From IMG/VR virus record IMGVR_UViG_3300011334_000408, positions 1 to 33,499 of that record: a stretch of 33,499 nt of DNA; one strand, written 5' to 3'. Below, one piece after another: positions 28,586-33,499 of this stretch. The translations under genes were made by a program, and so were the position numbers. The stretch's first letter is position 1. Every line of letters begins with the position of its first letter. A model generated the notes under the pieces. It made no database searches. It was not told the origin of the DNA and saw nothing but the letters and a program-made list of their open reading frames with translations. The stretch is from a virus (taxonomy: Duplodnaviria > Caudoviricetes).

Positions 28586-29548
28586 ATGAATGAAACAGTT
28601 TTAAATAATTTTTTGAGGGATGGCAAAAACGGCTTGCCCGAAGAATTTAACGTACTATCATTGTTTGATGGGATGAGTTGCGGGCAAATTGCACTTAATA
28701 ACATTGGATTGAAACCTACAAAGTATTTTGCGGCCGAGATTAAAAAACACGCTATACAATGCACTTTAGATAATTTTCCTGATACAATACAGATTGGAGA
28801 TGTAACGAAAGTAAAAGGCCAAGATTTGCCAAAAATACATTTATTGATAGGTGGAAGCCCTTGTCAAGATTTTAGTAGGGCAAATAGTGTAAGAGATGGT
28901 TTAAAAGGAATGAAATCAATGTTATTTTATGAATACATAAGATTACTTGAGGAAACGAAACCTGATTACTATTTACTTGAAAATGTTATAATGGATGATT
29001 TAGGTTACAATACAATAACCGAATTATTAGGAACAGAACCAGTAAGATTGTGCGGTTCAAAAGTAAGCGGAGCTTTAAGAGATAGATTATTTTGGACTAA
29101 TATCGGGCCTGAAAGTTTTGATTTATTTGGTAATCGTAAAAGTGCAATACCACAACCGAGAGATAAAAAAATAATGTTGAATGATGTTTTAGAATACGGA
29201 TATTCAGATAAGAAAAAACACACTTGCTTAAATACAAGTTGTGGCCGAGATGCAAACCAAAGATATATGCTGCATAGATACGCTACTACTGGAATGACTA
29301 CCATTATTTACACAGATGAAACAATGGATGAAAGCAAGGGTGTAAGGTATTGCACACAAACTGAATTGGAGAAATTGCACAATATACCATTAGGATATAC
29401 GAAAAACTTAAACAAGGCACAAGCTGGCAATTTGATTGGAGATGGTTGGAGTGTTGGAATAGTTGAACATATCTTTTCTTTTTTAAAAGGGGAGGAAAAA
29501 AAATTATTTAAAACTGAACCGAAATGCTTAATCGAAGAACGTCCGTAG
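28586..29548 (+). CDS. cassette 4 cargo, C5-cytosine DNA methyltransferase
   Basis: Motif I LSLFDGMSCG, IV GGSPCQ, VI ENV, VIII RDRLFW, X GDGW. Confidence 0.92.
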   Translation: MNETVLNNFLRDGKNGLPEEFNVLSLFDGMSCGQIALNNIGLKPTKYFAAEIKKHAIQCTLDNFPDTIQIGDVTKVKGQDLPKIHLLIGGSPCQDFSRANSVRDGLKGMKSMLFYEYIRLLEETKPDYYLLENVIMDDLGYNTITELLGTEPVRLCGSKVSGALRDRLFWTNIGPESFDLFGNRKSAIPQPRDKKIMLNDVLEYGYSDKKKHTCLNTSCGRDANQRYMLHRYATTGMTTIIYTDETMDESKGVRYCTQTELEKLHNIPLGYTKNLNKAQAGNLIGDGWSVGIVEHIFSFLKGEEKKLFKTEPKCLIEERP

Positions 29549-29558
29549 TGCTTGCTGG

Positions 29559-29687
29559 TAACATTCCCGTGCTTGGCGAGGTTCAAGGAAAGTAAATCCC
29601 GATGCTTCGAGTCAAGACCAAAATTAACAAATACAAACAGATTTTTAAATTAATAACTAAACCTTGAATCTTGCCAAACACGTGTTA
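29559..29687 (+). repeat. attC-like hairpin E5 (129 bp), near copy of E1
   Basis: Seven substitutions relative to E1 by hand alignment, none in the paired stem. Confidence 0.9.
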
Positions 29688-29719
29688 TAGCTTGTGGCGG
29701 ATTTTTAAAAACGAAAATT

Positions 29720-29941
29720 ATGTCAATAGAAAAAATGGAAATGTTTACAGTTATATGCGATAACTGCAAAACAAGTGCGGATGAAGATACTGATTATTCT
29801 TGTTGGAATGATGAAAGTGCCGCTAAAGATGTTGCAATGGAAGCCGATTACATTTATGAAGACGACAAGCATTATTGTCCTAAATGTTACAGATATAATG
29901 ATGAAGATGAATTGATAATTAACACAGAAAGAACAAAATGA
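29720..29941 (+). CDS. cassette 5 cargo A, acidic Zn-ribbon protein
   Basis: CDNC...HYCPKC. Confidence 0.7.
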   Translation: MSIEKMEMFTVICDNCKTSADEDTDYSCWNDESAAKDVAMEADYIYEDDKHYCPKCYRYNDEDELIINTERTK

Positions 29942-30219
29942 AAACTCTTAAAAAAGTAGAAATAGAACCCGTTTTTGTGGAGTTTGTTCCCGATGTTTTA
30001 GAAGAAAACAAAATCTATATTTCAGAAGAATATAAATGTGCTATTCATAATTGTTTGTGCGGTTGTGGAGAAAAAACAGTAATGCCTTTATATGGCAATG
30101 GATGGAATTTGATTAAAGAAAATAACGATAAAGTTTCATTTACTCCGAGTGTAGGAAACTATAATTTTCCTTGCAAATCACATTACATAATTACGAACAA
30201 TGTTGCAAATTTCGTTTAG
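29938..30219 (+). CDS. cassette 5 cargo B, DUF6527-like Cys/His protein
   Basis: CLCGCG...W...TPSVGN...CKSHY pattern; ATGA-coupled to cargo A. Confidence 0.6.
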   Translation: MKTLKKVEIEPVFVEFVPDVLEENKIYISEEYKCAIHNCLCGCGEKTVMPLYGNGWNLIKENNDKVSFTPSVGNYNFPCKSHYIITNNVANFV

Positions 30220-30289
30220 AACCGAAATCGTAGCCATAAGCTATAACTCCTTTATACTCGTAACTAACCTATTTAAACCTTTATAAACA

Positions 30290-30568
30290 ATGGAAAAAAA
30301 CCTTGACATAATAATTTACTCTAATTTTTTTGAGTTAGAAAATAGATTATTTGCATTTAGAAAAAAGCAATTATTTGACATTACCAATTTACCAACTTTA
30401 GTAAATTTAAAAGATAATAATAATTGTTTAGGATATTGGATTAATAGAAAATGGTTTACTTTGTCAAAATTAAAACCATTGATTAAAAAAGAAGAAAAAA
30501 AAGTTGATGTAAGTAGCTTACAATGGTATCAACAAATAGAATTAGATTGTGTATTTAACTTAAATTAA
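30290..30568 (+). CDS. hypothetical protein
   Basis: 92-aa ORF just after the array end. Confidence 0.7.
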   Translation: MEKNLDIIIYSNFFELENRLFAFRKKQLFDITNLPTLVNLKDNNNCLGYWINRKWFTLSKLKPLIKKEEKKVDVSSLQWYQQIELDCVFNLN

Positions 30569-30572
30569 AAAT

Positions 30573-30725
30573 ATGCCACCACCAAAGAAAACAACAACAA
30601 GGGTAAATATAGTATTTATGCCTTATCAGAAATCATCAAAAAGTTATAGTTTTCACATTGAAGAAAACTTAACCAAAGAAGAAAAAATAAAACAAATTAA
30701 TGAATTTTTAAAAGAAGTGTTATGA
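30573..30725 (+). CDS. hypothetical protein (50 aa)
   Basis: MPPPKKTTTRV...; coupled to the next ORF. Confidence 0.5.
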   Translation: MPPPKKTTTRVNIVFMPYQKSSKSYSFHIEENLTKEEKIKQINEFLKEVL

Positions 30726-30856
30726 AAACTAATGAACAAGAAATAAAAGAATTGATTTTTAAAGAAACAAAAGCATTTGAAAGATGTTTATTTGATTTAT
30801 CAAATTATTATCAAAAAAAAATTAATAAATTAAAAAAAAGCAAACGAAATTTTTAA
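30722..30856 (+). CDS. hypothetical protein (44 aa)
   Basis: ATGA overlap with the upstream ORF. Confidence 0.45.
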   Translation: MKTNEQEIKELIFKETKAFERCLFDLSNYYQKKINKLKKSKRNF

Positions 30857-30876
30857 TAACTTAAATAAATAGAGAG

Positions 30877-31035
30877 ATGAGTAAGTTAAATAAAAGATTA
30901 CTTGAAAAAAGGAAAAGATATTTAGAAGATTTAATTACCGATATTGAATCAGATAAAAAAGAAGCTGAAAGACTTATTTTAAAATATAAAAACTCTTTAG
31001 ATTTAATTAATAAACAATTAGAAAATGAAAACTAA
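30877..31035 (+). CDS. hypothetical coiled-coil protein (52 aa)
   Basis: Overlaps the lipoprotein start. Confidence 0.5.
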   Translation: MSKLNKRLLEKRKRYLEDLITDIESDKKEAERLILKYKNSLDLINKQLENEN

Positions 31036-31492
31036 ACTAATCCTATTATCAACTATTTTACTATTTAGTTGTGGCGCAGTCAAAAAAAATAAATCAGAAA
31101 CTACCGAAAAGGTAAAAACTGAAATTACTAATAATAGTAAAACAGAAACTATTACAGATACTAATATTAAAGTAATTGATTGCACCGATACTGATGAAAT
31201 TACAATAGTTCCAGTAGATAACACAAAAGAAATTATAGTAAATGGTAAAACCTATAAAAACGTTGTTTTAAAACACCGAAAAGTTAAAAACAATATAACT
31301 ACTAATAAAGTTGAGAAAGTCGCTAAAATCGAACAGAAAGCTATTAAAACAAATGTAAAATCGAAAAAAGTGATTGAATTTAAGCAAGTGGAACGAAAAG
31401 GAATTAGTTTATTATCTTTTTGGTGGTTATGGATACTTATTATATTAATGATTTATATAGGTTATCGATATAGAAAAATATTATTTATTTAA
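31025..31492 (+). CDS. lipoprotein with C-terminal TM (u-spanin-like)
   Basis: Lipobox LFSC, extended Thr/Lys-rich middle, C-terminal FWWLWILIILMIYIGY followed by a basic tail. Confidence 0.65.
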   Translation: MKTKLILLSTILLFSCGAVKKNKSETTEKVKTEITNNSKTETITDTNIKVIDCTDTDEITIVPVDNTKEIIVNGKTYKNVVLKHRKVKNNITTNKVEKVAKIEQKAIKTNVKSKKVIEFKQVERKGISLLSFWWLWILIILMIYIGYRYRKILFI

Positions 31493-31515
31493 CTAAACTA
31501 TACAACACAACTACT

Positions 31516-31539
31516 AAACCACCTTAATCGGTGGTTTTT
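31516..31539 (+). terminator. intrinsic terminator
   Basis: AAACCACC-TTAATC-GGTGGTTT followed by a T-tract. Confidence 0.8.
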
Positions 31540-31540
31540 A

Positions 31541-31563
31541 TTATTTATAATCAATATAAATAA
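31541..31563. promoter_or_regulatory. palindromic operator-like site, copy 2
   Basis: TTATTTATA-ATCAA-TATAAATAA with perfect 9-bp arms. Confidence 0.45.
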
Positions 31564-31616
31564 ACTATATTTTATAAAATATTTTTAAAAAAGTTTTTTT
31601 ATATCAATTGTCCTTG

Positions 31617-31624
31617 TATATTTG
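31617..31624 (+). promoter_or_regulatory. early promoter -7 element
   Basis: TATATTTG in an AT-rich intergenic region before the small-ORF cluster. Confidence 0.6.
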
Positions 31625-31663
31625 TACCAGCAATAAAGCAAAACAATTTAATAAATAAAAATT

Positions 31664-31843
31664 ATGAACGCAACATTTTATATTTGGAACACAAAAACTG
31701 ACGAAAATTTTGATACTAATGAAATGAGATTTTATTCAAATAGTTGGGAAGTTGAATTAGAAGAAAAAAGTTATTTAGAAACTTTAATAAAATCAAATCC
31801 TTCTAAATTTGAAAATTGTAAAATAGTAAATAAATTAGACTAA
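31664..31843 (+). CDS. hypothetical protein (59 aa)
   Basis: MNATFYIWNTK...; TAATG-coupled to the next ORF. Confidence 0.6.
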   Translation: MNATFYIWNTKTDENFDTNEMRFYSNSWEVELEEKSYLETLIKSNPSKFENCKIVNKLD

Positions 31844-32022
31844 TGGGAAGAAAATCACTACCACCTAACGAAAAAAAACAACTAGTTAGGTTATTTGCTA
31901 AAAAATCAACTATTGATTTAATTGGAGAAGAAAAAATAAAAATAGAGTTTGAAAAAAAAATTAATCAACTCCAATCCGAAGCGCTACAGAAATGCGCTGA
32001 TGAAAGTTTAAAAAACAAATAA
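31843..32022 (+). CDS. small putative DNA-binding protein (59 aa)
   Basis: MGRKSLPPNEKKQLVRLF: basic arm plus strand-helix pattern, ribbon-helix-helix-like by inference. Confidence 0.5.
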   Translation: MGRKSLPPNEKKQLVRLFAKKSTIDLIGEEKIKIEFEKKINQLQSEALQKCADESLKNK

Positions 32023-32023
32023 T

Positions 32024-32206
32024 ATGGAAGCAGAAAAATTAATTGAAATCGTAACAAAACTAAAATCTGATAACGAGCAAATGAAACAAATGATTGAGCA
32101 TTTAACAACTTGCTTATCAGTATTTGAAGAAGAATATAAATCTGTAACACCAATAATAACAAACGTAAAAGAATTATTAACTGAAATTGAAAACGATGAC
32201 AAATAG
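32024..32206 (+). CDS. hypothetical coiled-coil protein
   Basis: 60-aa ORF in the operon. Confidence 0.6.
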   Translation: MEAEKLIEIVTKLKSDNEQMKQMIEHLTTCLSVFEEEYKSVTPIITNVKELLTEIENDDK

Positions 32207-32468
32207 AGATGACTTGGATTTTCTTAATCCTTACGAACAAGAACCAATTGAAGAAAACGAACCAACTACACTAACCGAGTGTATGGATTATGCTAAAGAT
32301 AACGACGATTTTGAACCATTAGAAAGCGTAATCTACACAACTGAAAAGAATATAGTAGAAGCTATTGAAGTGCTTAAATTCATTCATGAAGCAGCACTAG
32401 CATCAGGTAGAGGTGCATTTTATGTAAATCAGAGTAACAAAGCATTAAGAATTTTAAATAGAAAATAA
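32196..32468 (+). CDS. hypothetical acidic protein
   Basis: ATG at 32196 preferred over TTG at 32187. Confidence 0.65.
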   Translation: MTNRDDLDFLNPYEQEPIEENEPTTLTECMDYAKDNDDFEPLESVIYTTEKNIVEAIEVLKFIHEAALASGRGAFYVNQSNKALRILNRK

Positions 32469-32469
32469 G

Positions 32470-32628
32470 ATGAAAACATTTGGATTATTTATGTTGCTTT
32501 TTGTAACATTTTAAATAACTAATACCATTCTTTTAAGAAATTGGAGTACGCCTGAAATAATTATACAAAGCACTATATTAGCTTATATTATGCAACAATA
32601 TTTTATACAAAAAATAAATAAAAAGTAG
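32470..32628 (+). pseudogene. small membrane-protein ORF interrupted by TAA at codon 15
   Basis: MKTFGLFMLLFVTF*ITNTILLRNWSTPEIIIQSTILAYIMQQYF...; fills the gap between its neighbours. Confidence 0.4.
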
Positions 32629-32639
32629 AAAATAAAACT

Positions 32640-32816
32640 ATGACACTAAATTTTAAATTATCAAAAGACGTTAAAGGATTTACATTTGGAATAGGTATCG
32701 ACTTTGAAACTAAATCATTAATGATAGGTTTCTTTTATTGGTGCTTTTCAATAACAAGCGTAAAACTAAAAAAGAATATTAACAACATCGAAGTAATCGA
32801 TTTTAAACAATTATAA
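32640..32816 (+). CDS. hypothetical protein (58 aa)
   Basis: MTLNFKLSKDVKGFTFGIG... Confidence 0.55.
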   Translation: MTLNFKLSKDVKGFTFGIGIDFETKSLMIGFFYWCFSITSVKLKKNINNIEVIDFKQL

Positions 32817-32819
32817 GTT

Positions 32820-33200
32820 ATGGAAAAAATAAAAGTAAATCAAGAATGGTTATGTAAAAAAGATTACTTAATGTTTGATGAAAGAATAGCATACAAATTA
32901 AATAAAGTTTATACTATTAAAGAAATTAATCCAGATAATAGTTTTAATATGCCAAGTGAACTTTTTGACCATATTATGTATTTTGATGCTGAATTTAAAC
33001 AACATTTTGAATTAGCCGAAAAAACATACACTTTAACCGAAACATTCGTTAAAGAACTTTGCAAAGAGCCAAATATTAAAGAGGCGTTTGTTAGAGAGGG
33101 TATTGTTGACGAAATAATAGAAATAAAAAAATCAGTAATTCTAAACACTCCAAACGATTTAGAATTAGGTCAATTAATTAGAAAATTAATAAATAAATAA
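32820..33200 (+). CDS. hypothetical protein
   Basis: 126-aa ORF. Confidence 0.7.
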   Translation: MEKIKVNQEWLCKKDYLMFDERIAYKLNKVYTIKEINPDNSFNMPSELFDHIMYFDAEFKQHFELAEKTYTLTETFVKELCKEPNIKEAFVREGIVDEIIEIKKSVILNTPNDLELGQLIRKLINK

Positions 33201-33203
33201 ATT

Positions 33204-33499
33204 ATGACATTTACAGATTACACATCAGTATTAAGATACGATAGAATGGTTTTAGATAGTAAATCATTTTCAGTAGAGGAACGCTGGGCAATAGCACAAG
33301 AGCGAAGTCTAACAATTAATAGCAAGTTCAATCCGCATCATAAAGAAATGAGAAATAGCTGGATTTCAGAAAAAACTAAACAAAAATGTGAACATTGTAA
33401 ACAATTTATTAGTAAATATGGGTGTGCTTGTGGTGGACAAATAAAAGAACCTACACAAAGACTTGAAAAATATTCTGAAAGATTTGAAAATAAAGACAA
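33204..33499 (+). CDS. hypothetical protein with CxxC...CxC motif (partial)
   Basis: Open to the window end; CEHC...CACGG. Confidence 0.6.
   Translation, partial: MTFTDYTSVLRYDRMVLDSKSFSVEERWAIAQERSLTINSKFNPHHKEMRNSWISEKTKQKCEHCKQFISKYGCACGGQIKEPTQRLEKYSERFENKD

Larger units (their letters stand above)
26780..30247 (+). mobile_element. integron-like gene cassette array (5 hairpins, 5 cassettes, no integrase)
   Basis: Alternating TAAC-hairpin-GTTA elements and cargo segments bounded by cassette-specific inverted repeats. Confidence 0.8.

Noticed and set aside
29602-29667. Short peptide ORF in the E5 loop (MLRVKTKINK...)
   Set aside because: The equivalent frame in E1 stops at codon 3 (ATG CTT TGA), so it is not conserved.
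26780-30247. CRISPR array or IS/MITE interpretation of the repeats
   Set aside because: The repeats vary in length and sequence, the spacers are whole genes, and there are no cas or transposase genes or target-site duplications.
2716-33148. All minus-strand ORFs in the track, and the + strand ORF 21444-21659
   Set aside because: They are shadows of longer, motif-bearing + strand genes and have no recognisable motifs.
1-33499. Window as an exactly circular complete genome
   Set aside because: No terminal repeat was seen. Joining the ends puts the last ORF in a different frame from the open frame at 1-111. Completeness is unproven, so a recombinase could lie outside the window.
1-33499. Genome-wide stop-codon reassignment
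   Set aside because: Long genes are intact under code 11, and TAA, TAG and TGA all end genes with normal coupling.

Overview
This window is most of an AT-rich tailed-phage genome, siphovirus-like and probably infecting Flavobacteriia/Bacteroidota (TAnnTTTG promoters). All credible genes are on the + strand. No integrase, repressor, tRNA or CRISPR array was seen. Gene order: early/recombination/replication genes (DnaA-C-like HTH, DEDD exonuclease, ERF, SSB, NinB-like, initiator, primase-helicase, RusA), an ECF sigma factor, terminase, tail genes, tape measure, head genes, portal, fibre, lysis genes and small early ORFs. The main find is at 26780-30247: a promoter-led, integrase-less array of five gene cassettes. 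The cassettes alternate with five attC-like TAAC...GTTA hairpins. Each cassette has its own 14-15-bp terminal inverted repeat with a G:T pair at position 11 in all five. The polarity looks inverted relative to classical integrons, with the hairpin upstream of its gene. Cargo includes two DNA methyltransferases. Other signals: two two-hairpin leader RNAs with complementary loops, a three-copy late-promoter motif fixed 12 nt from the ATG, a probable -1 frameshift with about 190 nt of dual coding, and a u-spanin-like gene separated from the endolysin by the array. All protein calls come from motif recognition by eye; no database search was run.
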